Below the pieces are notes generated by a model. That model did no database searches. It was not told the DNA's origin and worked only from the letters and a program-made list of their open reading frames with translations. This document shows positions 40,933 through 49,755 of a stretch of DNA of 64,000 nucleotides, piece by piece (position 1 is the first letter of the stretch; each line of letters opens with the position of its first letter). The position numbers and the translations under genes were made by a program. The DNA lies in the IMG/VR virus record IMGVR_UViG_3300035181_000471, positions 157,218 through 221,217 of that record; one strand, given 5' to 3'.

Positions 40933-43140
40933 ATGATCGCACCTCAAGTTAATTTACAGGGACAGACAATTTACCAGTATTACCTTCCTCTCCTAGAGGG
41001 TGAAGCGGGGCAAGTCTATGTGAACAACGGCACCCTAGGGCAGATCAATTTCGATTATTACAATGGGATTACTCCTAGTGTTGCAGACGCTCTAAGTAGC
41101 GGAGTTATTAGAATTTCAAGTGATTCAGATGCACTCCACCAGGGGCGCATAAAGCTAGCCACTTATGGCTCCGGTGTGAGGCTTGAATACACAGGAGCTA
41201 AGTGGGCGGATGTAGCCCAGAGTCTACCTCCCCAATTCAATCTCAATATTGAAGAGGAGGACATCGTTTGGTACGCCCCCGGCAGCGGCTTTGATCTTTC
41301 TGCCATCTCTCTGCCTCTCGTAGTTCCTCCCAATACTCCTACTGGTCCTACCTACGAGTATTCGGGTGGAAGCAAGCTACAGATCAAGGTGTTCCCTCTA
41401 GTGTCCCCTGAGGTGGCTTCAGTCAGTCCTACTGTTCTAGCTGGCGGAGCTACCCAGGACATCACTGTCACCCTTAAGAGGCCCTTACACCCAACTCAGA
41501 CTCCTACTGTGGCCTTCCAGTCTGCCTCGGGTCTTTTAACCTTTAACGGGGCTCCCAGAGTCAATAAAAACGCCTCGGGTGGGATCGTGTCTTGGACCAT
41601 TTCTGTCACCGCCTCTTCTTCCGCCGCTTCCTCTGTCGCAGTCACAATGACCGCCCAGGATGCCGCACTACACTACCTAAGCGGAGATGTGATAGTAACT
41701 CAGGCTTACAATTACACACCCACTCCAATCAATCTTCCAGCCATGTCGATTAGCAAAGCTATCGCCACTCAGCCGCTAGCTATTACTTCCGTGCAAGCTG
41801 TTGGTCCAGACTCCGCTTATGGAGTGGCCGCTACCGATGGGTGGACTGCTACCGCTAGCGGTCAGCAAGCATTCGCCGGTAAGATCGTTGTAACCGCTAC
41901 TGTGTCCTCCCCTGCTAATAACTTCAGTAGCGGATCAGTTATTGCGAAAGCAACCGGAACCACGGCCCGTATCACTCTAGGAACTGCTTCACTTAAGGGT
42001 AGTCCCTATGTCGGAAACAACTCCTCCGGCACAACCCTTTACTACCAGGACTACTACATGGTCGTGGATACCGGACTTCTACTCACTAGAGACCAGTCTT
42101 ATGACATCGGATTCTCTGCTGTAGCTGATGGAGTTACCACTACTTCCTGGATTAATAATGTCTTTGTAAATCAGAACCTAACTAAGCAGTTCACTTCCTA
42201 CAATATGACTGTGAACTTCAGTGGAGCAGCCAGTTACACCGCAGTTGGTATCCCAGCATCTACATGGGTGGCGTCTTCAACTGGAACTTCTGGTGCAGTT
42301 CCCTCCTTGAATGGCGGAGCTTCTTTTGGAATCCAAGAACTCTGGGGCTACAAGTCAGCAGGAGCTTCTTTTGATTCTATCTTGAAGCAAGAGCTTCGTG
42401 TCACTGGCCCTGGAAAGACTGATGAACTCGTCAAGTCTGTTACTGCCAGAGACCCCAATGGCTACCTGGAGATCGCAAATGTTGACACCTCTGCGTGGAC
42501 CGCTGGCTATTACGATTTTGTGTTCAGAATCTACTCTAAGGCTACCACTTACTCCTTCGATGGAGTAAACCAGGGTTACATCGACACTCCCGCTCAGTCG
42601 TTTAGAGTCGCCCACTCCACTGGTGGTGGAGGAGGGTGTTTCGCTGGCAAAACCTATGTCATGACCGTTGATGGTCCCAAGACCATTGATAGCATCAAGG
42701 TTGACGCACTAGTGATGTCGGCCTCTGATGTTGACTTCCAGGCTGGCAACTTCACTCTAACTCCCAAGAAGACTTTGGCAGTTCTAGTCCACGATGATAG
42801 AGCTTACGAAACCGTCAATCTAAACGGAATCCTAACCACTCCAGAGCATCCTTGGGCCACCTCTGATCGTGAATTCACTGAAGTCTCCGAGATGACGGAC
42901 GCCTCCCTAGTAATGTCCGTAGATATCCTACACAATGAAACATACCCTGTTTCAGCGATTCAGATTCCCGGCCCAGACCTAGAAACCGTATACAACCTAA
43001 CTATCGAGGATACTCATACTTACTTGGTTGCCCCCAGTATATTCGGACCTTGGTATCTTGTCCACAATGCCAAGAAGATCGAGTATAAGACACTATGGGA
43101 TATGAACAACCCCGAAGTTAATATCAATAACACGGTGTAA
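40933..43140 (+). CDS. fibre/receptor-binding-like protein with C-terminal Hint domain
   Basis: Beta-rich body, then GGGGG-CFAGKT...TTPEHPW...TVYNLTIEDTHTYLV...LVHN-AKK. Confidence 0.8.
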   Translation: MIAPQVNLQGQTIYQYYLPLLEGEAGQVYVNNGTLGQINFDYYNGITPSVADALSSGVIRISSDSDALHQGRIKLATYGSGVRLEYTGAKWADVAQSLPPQFNLNIEEEDIVWYAPGSGFDLSAISLPLVVPPNTPTGPTYEYSGGSKLQIKVFPLVSPEVASVSPTVLAGGATQDITVTLKRPLHPTQTPTVAFQSASGLLTFNGAPRVNKNASGGIVSWTISVTASSSAASSVAVTMTAQDAALHYLSGDVIVTQAYNYTPTPINLPAMSISKAIATQPLAITSVQAVGPDSAYGVAATDGWTATASGQQAFAGKIVVTATVSSPANNFSSGSVIAKATGTTARITLGTASLKGSPYVGNNSSGTTLYYQDYYMVVDTGLLLTRDQSYDIGFSAVADGVTTTSWINNVFVNQNLTKQFTSYNMTVNFSGAASYTAVGIPASTWVASSTGTSGAVPSLNGGASFGIQELWGYKSAGASFDSILKQELRVTGPGKTDELVKSVTARDPNGYLEIANVDTSAWTAGYYDFVFRIYSKATTYSFDGVNQGYIDTPAQSFRVAHSTGGGGGCFAGKTYVMTVDGPKTIDSIKVDALVMSASDVDFQAGNFTLTPKKTLAVLVHDDRAYETVNLNGILTTPEHPWATSDREFTEVSEMTDASLVMSVDILHNETYPVSAIQIPGPDLETVYNLTIEDTHTYLVAPSIFGPWYLVHNAKKIEYKTLWDMNNPEVNINNTV
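42637..43068 (+). other. Hint (bacterial intein-like / pretoxin-HINT type) autoprocessing domain
   Basis: Block A CF, block B TxxH (TPEH), block F VYNL and block G HN are all present. No endonuclease insert; the +1 residue is Ala. Confidence 0.88.
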
Positions 43141-43143
43141 CGG

Positions 43144-43755
43144 ATGAGTAAATATGCTAGAGTAGGTGCCCCGTTTAACTTCCTTGGACATATGTCCTTG
43201 GACCAGAAGAATGCGTTCTATTCTTGGCTCGACTCAAAGAAAGCCAACTTTGCTCCAATCCAAGAGTTCCACCAGATTCGATCCCAGCAATTGAGAAAAA
43301 CTGCTGGACTTTTGGAAGATTTTTACGCCTCGGAAAAGTTGAAACCATCCTTTGCTAAAGCTCCTTGGGAACCGGGGCCGCAGGGCTATTTCCCTTATAC
43401 TCAAAGGGATGATCAGCAACCAGCCGTCCTAGTTCAGCGAATTAAAGAACGAGTGAAAGAACAACTTCAACATGATGACGAAGCCGTATTTTGGATGAAC
43501 TGGCTTAGGACTCACATTGAAAAGCAAGAGGATATGGCTCAGATTGCTAGCGAAGCTTCGGCAGAAATTACCGCCTTGAAGAAAGAATTGGACGCTCTGT
43601 TTGATGGGGGGACCTACGACGCAGTATTAGTTAAAGATACGAAAGTTTATCGTGTCCATCAACTTGATGATCCAACAGAAACGGAAATGAAACGAGTGGC
43701 CTATGACGCCTCGGACAAAAATGGGTATACCATCAAAATGCCAGAGGGGGTGTAA
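43144..43755 (+). CDS. hypothetical protein (baseplate region)
   Basis: 203 aa, coupled to the next gene by TAATG. Confidence 0.6.
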   Translation: MSKYARVGAPFNFLGHMSLDQKNAFYSWLDSKKANFAPIQEFHQIRSQQLRKTAGLLEDFYASEKLKPSFAKAPWEPGPQGYFPYTQRDDQQPAVLVQRIKERVKEQLQHDDEAVFWMNWLRTHIEKQEDMAQIASEASAEITALKKELDALFDGGTYDAVLVKDTKVYRVHQLDDPTETEMKRVAYDASDKNGYTIKMPEGV

Positions 43756-44507
43756 TGAGCTATGATTTTGATGTAAGAAATAAAGCCTGTGACCACCTCC
43801 AAACAAAGGAGCGCCAAACTTTATCTGATGATCTAAGAACCTTAGTTAACATCAATCACCCCGAGTGGGGTATTCGTGGTGCTGTAGCTTCGTCCTCTAC
43901 CGTTAAACTTTATATGAATGGTGTGGAGATACCATCCGGCCATGCTCAGTATGCTTGGAGTTTAGTCCCAGATTTGGATGCCTTGGGGGACAAACGCTAT
44001 AAAATCATGTTTGCCAATCAATTACGCTTTACTCAAGCCATTTTTGAAGTCAGCTACTTTACTGCGCCAGCTTACTGCTTGAAGTGCAACGGCTATACCC
44101 AGACTAATGACTTTACCATTAGTTCTCAGGGTTCGTTTGTCCATGTAACCGACCACAACAAGCTCATTCAAAGAGTGATGAAGTTCCTTCTATCCTCGTC
44201 TTGCCCCTTCTATCCTCGGTTCACATCTCGGCTAAAGGAATTTATTGGAAGGAAATTTGGCTTATCTCTTACAGAGGAGGACATTTCTTACGAATGTATC
44301 ACGGCTCTGGAGAACATGAGAAACATTCAAGTTACCCAAAAGAATGTGCAACTCCTGTCCCCAGAGGAAATTCTAAGGAATGTAGAGTCGGTAGATTCCA
44401 AAAGAGATTCAGTAGACCCCACCATCGTAAAAACACAAATTCGCGTTTCCTCCTACGGGCCTGATAGAGTAAATCCTCTAAACTTCGCCATCAGAACAAA
44501 AAATTAA
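43755..44507 (+). CDS. baseplate wedge protein, gp25-like C-terminal domain
   Basis: VTDHNKLIQRVMKFLLS...PFYPRFTSRLKEFIG...EEILRNVESV...DPT; located upstream of the baseplate J-like gene. Confidence 0.72.
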   Translation: MSYDFDVRNKACDHLQTKERQTLSDDLRTLVNINHPEWGIRGAVASSSTVKLYMNGVEIPSGHAQYAWSLVPDLDALGDKRYKIMFANQLRFTQAIFEVSYFTAPAYCLKCNGYTQTNDFTISSQGSFVHVTDHNKLIQRVMKFLLSSSCPFYPRFTSRLKEFIGRKFGLSLTEEDISYECITALENMRNIQVTQKNVQLLSPEEILRNVESVDSKRDSVDPTIVKTQIRVSSYGPDRVNPLNFAIRTKN

Positions 44508-44516
44508 GGATACTCC

Positions 44517-47500
44517 ATGTCAGTTGTTCCAGTAGCCCTACTCTCTAAGTTAACCCTGATCAAGCCAGCCCTCAATGGGACTCTAGTGTCCGTGGACTCA
44601 GGAGTTCTACCTATTGTTGTCGATGCTGATATCAAAACGATTCAGGTGTCGGTTGCTATCGAAGGTGTTGTAACTACGGCGTCTACTTGGGAAACTGTGG
44701 GCGGTAAGCGTAGATTCACGCTATCTCCAGTAATTCTACCAACCATCTCCCCCATCAAGATCACCTTGACTGGGAGAGATTTCGATGTTGCTAATCCTCC
44801 CGCTGTCGGACCCTGGAAAGTAACTCCAACTCTTGCCTTTGAATACATCTACTCTCAGTCCACTACACTACCCTCCATCACGCCTCCAAGCGGAGTCAAG
44901 ATTTACAGAGGTGCATCTAGCTGTAAGGTGGAGTGGGTTAAGCCTGATGAACTTACAGGGTTTCTAGGGGTTCGTGTGCAGGTTAGCACCGACCCCACAG
45001 GTGTCAATGTTCCCTATGTTCAGCTTGGTGGTTTGATTTCTGGAGTATCTAGAAGCACAAATAGTGTGATCTCCTCCAATTCAACAACCGCAACCGACTC
45101 CGTTGACACTTCCAAGGTGACAATCACAACTGTTCAGTCCACTATTCCAATCAATTTCTCCCAGGTTGTTGTCGATAAACTAGCTGTAGGTAACGCAGAT
45201 AAATTCTATGTAGTCCTATCCTCAGTTGTCCAAGATCCTGAGTCTAACCACATCTACGAGTCGAACTTCAACGGACCATTTACCTGTGGTTTCGTGGATT
45301 TAAGACAGGTATCCCCAACCGATTTCCTGACTGTCCAGCAGAAAGAAGAAATCGCTCTACGCTTAATCACAGCTACTACCCAGAATTACCCTGACCTAGA
45401 TCTAACTCCTCGCTCCGAGTTACGAGATGTTTTAATTGACCCCATCTCCCTAGAGCTTTCAGAGCAATCGGTTCGTGAGTGGTTTGGTAGGGTCTCTACT
45501 TCAATCTCGGCTCTAGCTACCCTCGATGACTACGATGGTGATGGCTTCTCTGATCCTCTTGCCTCCAATCCCTACAAGCCAATCATTGCTAGAGCTTGGA
45601 ACATGAATGAGGCGGATACTCAGACTTTGATTGACAAGCAGTTTGATATTATTGGCGAAAGAGCCGGATTGTATCGTGGCGGAGCAACCTCCGCTATCGT
45701 AACTATGACCCTCTACACCTACTCTAAGCCTTCTTCTAGAGTTTCTATTGACGCTTCAACTACTCAAGTAAGCTCTATCGCTGATTCGGATACCGCTGCC
45801 TTGACCTTCTATTGCCGTGGTTCTGTGGTTATTGACCCAGGCTCCGCTGACTCACTCTATGACCCTGTTAAGGGATGGTGGGCTGTTCAGCTTCCATTCG
45901 AATGCGCCATCACTGGTAGCGTTGGAAATGTCGGAGTTGGGACCATTCGCCAGCCTATTTCTGGCACTCCTTCTGGATGGCTTTGCACCAATCAGACTCC
46001 TGCTGATTTCGGTAGCGATGGAGAACTCAACGCTAGATACGCTGAAAGGATCAAGGACAGGCTTGTGGTCGGAATCGACTCAGGTAGACGCCTTGGTTAT
46101 TTGAACACGGCTAGGGCCATCCCAGGTGTTATTAGCGCCAATGTAGTGGCCTCCGGTGATCTAGAAATGCTCCGCGACTGGGATGATCTCAGAAAGAAGC
46201 ACACCTACGGGACCGTTGATGTGTATGTCAGAGGAACCTCCTCTTCACAGCAGACTGAAATCGTGCCGTTCTCTTACGAGACTAAAGCCACTCCTGGTGA
46301 TGTTTCAACTTACCAGATTTCCGACTACATCTCTCGTGTGTTTGATACCTCCAACATTGGTAAGAAAGAACCCAGACTCCAGTTCAAGGTCAGAGACTTT
46401 GATAAGTGGGGCTACCCAATGGTGGCAATCATTGACATGATCGCTTCAGGTAACAGTGGTGTGGTTCATCTCGGAACCCAGAGGGTTAAGATTGATGCCT
46501 CCAATGGTCTAATTAGCCTTGACCCAAACGAAGCGGTGTACAAGATCAAGAATGCTGGAACTACGGGTGAATACAAAGAAGATTACACCATCAACGGTGT
46601 CGTTATCAACAATCAAGCTTTCATCGCCTCCCTAGCATCCTCTGTCGTTGAATACAGAGTGGCTCCAAGACTCGCTTCTCCTCTTGCCTATGTCCCCTCT
46701 AACCAGCCTGTAACCAGTGTGTCTACGGTAACTGGTAGTGCAGATAGAACTGGCGTAATCCCCGCCTCTAATCTTCGTTTGATCAAGAGAGATGACCCAC
46801 TTCTTGAGGGTTTCTCTAGCAGATCCACAGACCAAATTCGCGTGGATTCCTACACTTTGGTAAGCCCACCCTTGGTCAAGACCATTCAGTTCACTGGGAA
46901 AGAACTACCAACTGGAAGTTTGAAATTCACTTCTAAGAAGATCACCAGAACCAGTGGGTCTTGGACCACCGATGGTGTACAGATTAACGACACAATCTTC
47001 ATTTCAGGTGTTGCTAGCAATAACGGCGCATTCACTGTAACCACTGTAACCCCAACCGCCATCACTACCCTTGAGGCTTTAGTTGCTGACGGTCCCGGCG
47101 CTCCCGATCAAGCTGGTAAGGTTCTGCTTGTCCCTGTAGTGCCTATTGACACTGGTATGGTGCTAAACTCTACTGGAAACATTTGGTCTGTAAGAAGTGC
47201 CGATTCCTCCATCGTCTACTCTTACGGAACCGCATCTACTGGTAACGACTACACAATTGTCCCATTGGATCGCTATGGCAATTACGGCATTCGTCTTCTA
47301 AGCACTTCTAGAACTCCCGAGAAGATTCTAGCTGGCCTATCTTTAAATCTGGATACCGATATCCTAGTATCTTACGATAAATATAGCCTAACTGAGTTCT
47401 GTGGAATGGTAGAGGAGACTCTTCTAATCTCAGGTTCAACCCCAACTCAGTTATCTCACAACGGATTCATCAAGAACATATGGGTTCCTGAAAGCTACGG

Positions 47501-48563
47501 CTACACCACACTATCTATGGATGGCTGGAATCTAGACCCTCTACAATGCACTCCAAACAGCCTATGTGCCGAGGGTGTATCCAAGGCAGATCGTTACATC
47601 AAAGTCACCTACAATAACTTGCTGATGAAGCAGGGACAGGACTACACCCTAACCGTCGATCCCGTATCTGGACAGGCTGCTATTACAAGAGTCATGACAG
47701 GTAGAATCCCTCAGGACTCTGCTTACATCACTGTAATGTATTTCGCACACGAGCCTTTCTCCGTGACCTCCTCTTACCCTGGATACATCAATCAGGTCGT
47801 GAACTCTATTGAAACCATGCGTCATGCCGCTGGTGACATCCTAGTCAAGAACATGGTTGGTAACGCCGTAGATGTGGACATGACAGTGGAGATCAATTCT
47901 AACGCCGCCGCTGATGTCATGGATGCCAGAATCAGAACTACAATTGGAGTAGTGCTAGATAACGCCAAGGGCCGTTTAACTCAGTCCGAGCTTATCAGAC
48001 AAGTCAAGAGTCTCAATGGAGTGTCAAACATCCTAGTCCCTCTGACCAAGTTCGCAAAGTCTAATGGAGCCTACAATGTAGGAGTTGTAATCCCCACTGG
48101 CACTTCCTGGACTATTGCCAAGGATGATGCCCTATTCGCTGGTAGGGCCGTCAGTCTTCCTAGCAATTCCTGGATTACCAGCGAGAGGGTTTTGATCGAC
48201 AACACCCTCCCCTCCGGTGGATTGAAGGACTCCTTCGTGGGTCTACTCTATGAAGGTGAATCCTACAAGCGCACTTTCTCCATCGAGGAGTTCGGTAACG
48301 CTGGACCTGGAGCTTTCTATATCATCGGAGCCGATGACTACTTCATGGACGGAACCATTAAGGTTTTCACCAACGATGTCGGAAGAGTTTTAATCTCCCT
48401 CAAGGAAGATGTGGCTGGCAAGGTTAACTACACTCCATCCTATAGCTCCTACAGAGTTACCTATCAGGTATGGGAAGACGGTGGAACCAAGGACATCACC
48501 CTATCCCCAACCGAGTATCTAAAGGCTGGAAGAATTACAATCAATTATCTGATGGCACAGTAA
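44517..48563 (+). CDS. baseplate J/gp6-like wedge protein with insertions
   Basis: DLTPRSELRDVLIDP, GERAGLYR...A, C.ITGSVGNV, TN......GSDGE...YAERI, ARAIPGVISANV, GTVDVYV, L.QSELIRQVKSLNGV. Confidence 0.85.
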   Translation: MSVVPVALLSKLTLIKPALNGTLVSVDSGVLPIVVDADIKTIQVSVAIEGVVTTASTWETVGGKRRFTLSPVILPTISPIKITLTGRDFDVANPPAVGPWKVTPTLAFEYIYSQSTTLPSITPPSGVKIYRGASSCKVEWVKPDELTGFLGVRVQVSTDPTGVNVPYVQLGGLISGVSRSTNSVISSNSTTATDSVDTSKVTITTVQSTIPINFSQVVVDKLAVGNADKFYVVLSSVVQDPESNHIYESNFNGPFTCGFVDLRQVSPTDFLTVQQKEEIALRLITATTQNYPDLDLTPRSELRDVLIDPISLELSEQSVREWFGRVSTSISALATLDDYDGDGFSDPLASNPYKPIIARAWNMNEADTQTLIDKQFDIIGERAGLYRGGATSAIVTMTLYTYSKPSSRVSIDASTTQVSSIADSDTAALTFYCRGSVVIDPGSADSLYDPVKGWWAVQLPFECAITGSVGNVGVGTIRQPISGTPSGWLCTNQTPADFGSDGELNARYAERIKDRLVVGIDSGRRLGYLNTARAIPGVISANVVASGDLEMLRDWDDLRKKHTYGTVDVYVRGTSSSQQTEIVPFSYETKATPGDVSTYQISDYISRVFDTSNIGKKEPRLQFKVRDFDKWGYPMVAIIDMIASGNSGVVHLGTQRVKIDASNGLISLDPNEAVYKIKNAGTTGEYKEDYTINGVVINNQAFIASLASSVVEYRVAPRLASPLAYVPSNQPVTSVSTVTGSADRTGVIPASNLRLIKRDDPLLEGFSSRSTDQIRVDSYTLVSPPLVKTIQFTGKELPTGSLKFTSKKITRTSGSWTTDGVQINDTIFISGVASNNGAFTVTTVTPTAITTLEALVADGPGAPDQAGKVLLVPVVPIDTGMVLNSTGNIWSVRSADSSIVYSYGTASTGNDYTIVPLDRYGNYGIRLLSTSRTPEKILAGLSLNLDTDILVSYDKYSLTEFCGMVEETLLISGSTPTQLSHNGFIKNIWVPESYGYTTLSMDGWNLDPLQCTPNSLCAEGVSKADRYIKVTYNNLLMKQGQDYTLTVDPVSGQAAITRVMTGRIPQDSAYITVMYFAHEPFSVTSSYPGYINQVVNSIETMRHAAGDILVKNMVGNAVDVDMTVEINSNAAADVMDARIRTTIGVVLDNAKGRLTQSELIRQVKSLNGVSNILVPLTKFAKSNGAYNVGVVIPTGTSWTIAKDDALFAGRAVSLPSNSWITSERVLIDNTLPSGGLKDSFVGLLYEGESYKRTFSIEEFGNAGPGAFYIIGADDYFMDGTIKVFTNDVGRVLISLKEDVAGKVNYTPSYSSYRVTYQVWEDGGTKDITLSPTEYLKAGRITINYLMAQ

Positions 48564-48581
48564 TAGGAAGTAGGGGAACCA

Positions 48582-49718
48582 ATGCAAGATGTAACCAAGG
48601 CTTACGAAAAGACTAGAGAAGACCTTATTCAATATGAGGACTCTGAGTTTCGTCAGCTTATCGCTAATGTTCCCAATTTCTACATCTCCCGTAATGACCA
48701 AACAATGTGGGGCAGACACCTAAGAAATGTCGCCGCAGAGCTAGGCCGTCTTGAATTTTACCACGCATACGACATCGTAGGTAAAGACCCCCGTTTCTTA
48801 AATCCCGCAGATGCCAAAAGACAGTGGGAAGGCCCTTTATTCATTAATCGTAACTACCCTGGAGTTACCGGATACGATCAGGACTACAAGAACCTTGTCA
48901 TTGATCTGCTCAAGGCTTACACCAAGGGGGCAACCACAGCATCCATTAGTGCCATTCTAACCGCTTACACTGGACAGCCAACTCTAGTAGAAGAACTATT
49001 TAAGAAGATCGGTAAGACCTCTGATGTGAGTGACCGCAACACCTTGAAGATCAGTGTTCGTGCAGTTGGACTACCCGATTCCGCTATCAACGCTACCAAT
49101 ATTTCTTGGCTACAGAACATCACTAGCGATCTTTATTCCGCAGTTGACAAGGCTAAGCCAGCCCATGTAGGTGTGGATCTCGGTGTCGCCGTTGGTCCTA
49201 TTGAGGATGTCAGTGTATTTATCACTGGCAGATTCGGCATCACGGATGAACTCAGAATCATTGCTCAGGTGGTCGAACACAGCAAGCTTGATGACCCTAT
49301 TTATCAAGCGCCGTTCCTCGATGGCACCACGCCAAACACCGGATTGGCCTCAACCTCTATCGTATTCTTCTCCCCCGCCTCTGGCCCTGTTGGTCAGGAA
49401 GTCAATGTCTACGGAGCCGGGTTCACGGGGGCCACTCAGGTCAAGGTTAATGATATTATTCTATTCCCAAGATCTATCAGCAACCCCAACGGATTCCTAC
49501 TACTTGGGGATGGTCAGCTAGTCTTTAACATCCCAGTTAACGCTACCACCGGACCAGTAGTCATCTCTACTCCAACCACCAGCATTGAAAGCCCAATTGA
49601 CCTCATTATCCAGGATGGACCTCTAACCTATGCCTCCCGCCCCGGAGCCGTGTCCCCCAACATCTCTAAGGTTTGGGAGATCAAGGGCGAGAAGCTAGAT
49701 ACCTTCAATTTGGACTAA
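48582..49718 (+). CDS. baseplate wedge (tail protein I/gp7-like) with IPT/TIG domain
   Basis: DQDYKNLVIDLLKAYTKGAT..SI and KAKPAH; C-terminal FSPASGPVGQEVNVYGAGFTGATQVKV...IPVNATTGPV. Confidence 0.75.
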   Translation: MQDVTKAYEKTREDLIQYEDSEFRQLIANVPNFYISRNDQTMWGRHLRNVAAELGRLEFYHAYDIVGKDPRFLNPADAKRQWEGPLFINRNYPGVTGYDQDYKNLVIDLLKAYTKGATTASISAILTAYTGQPTLVEELFKKIGKTSDVSDRNTLKISVRAVGLPDSAINATNISWLQNITSDLYSAVDKAKPAHVGVDLGVAVGPIEDVSVFITGRFGITDELRIIAQVVEHSKLDDPIYQAPFLDGTTPNTGLASTSIVFFSPASGPVGQEVNVYGAGFTGATQVKVNDIILFPRSISNPNGFLLLGDGQLVFNIPVNATTGPVVISTPTTSIESPIDLIIQDGPLTYASRPGAVSPNISKVWEIKGEKLDTFNLD

Positions 49719-49755
49719 ATAGCTAATTTGAGAGTCTATATTGAAGGCGTCATCC

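Noticed and set aside
42637-43068. Canonical splicing intein
   Set aside because: The +1 residue is Ala, the C-extein is only 23 aa and there is no endonuclease, so a cleavage-type Hint fits better.
27178-43140. Diversity-generating retroelement or invertase acting on the fibres
   Set aside because: No reverse transcriptase, recombinase or template/variable repeat pair was seen in the window.
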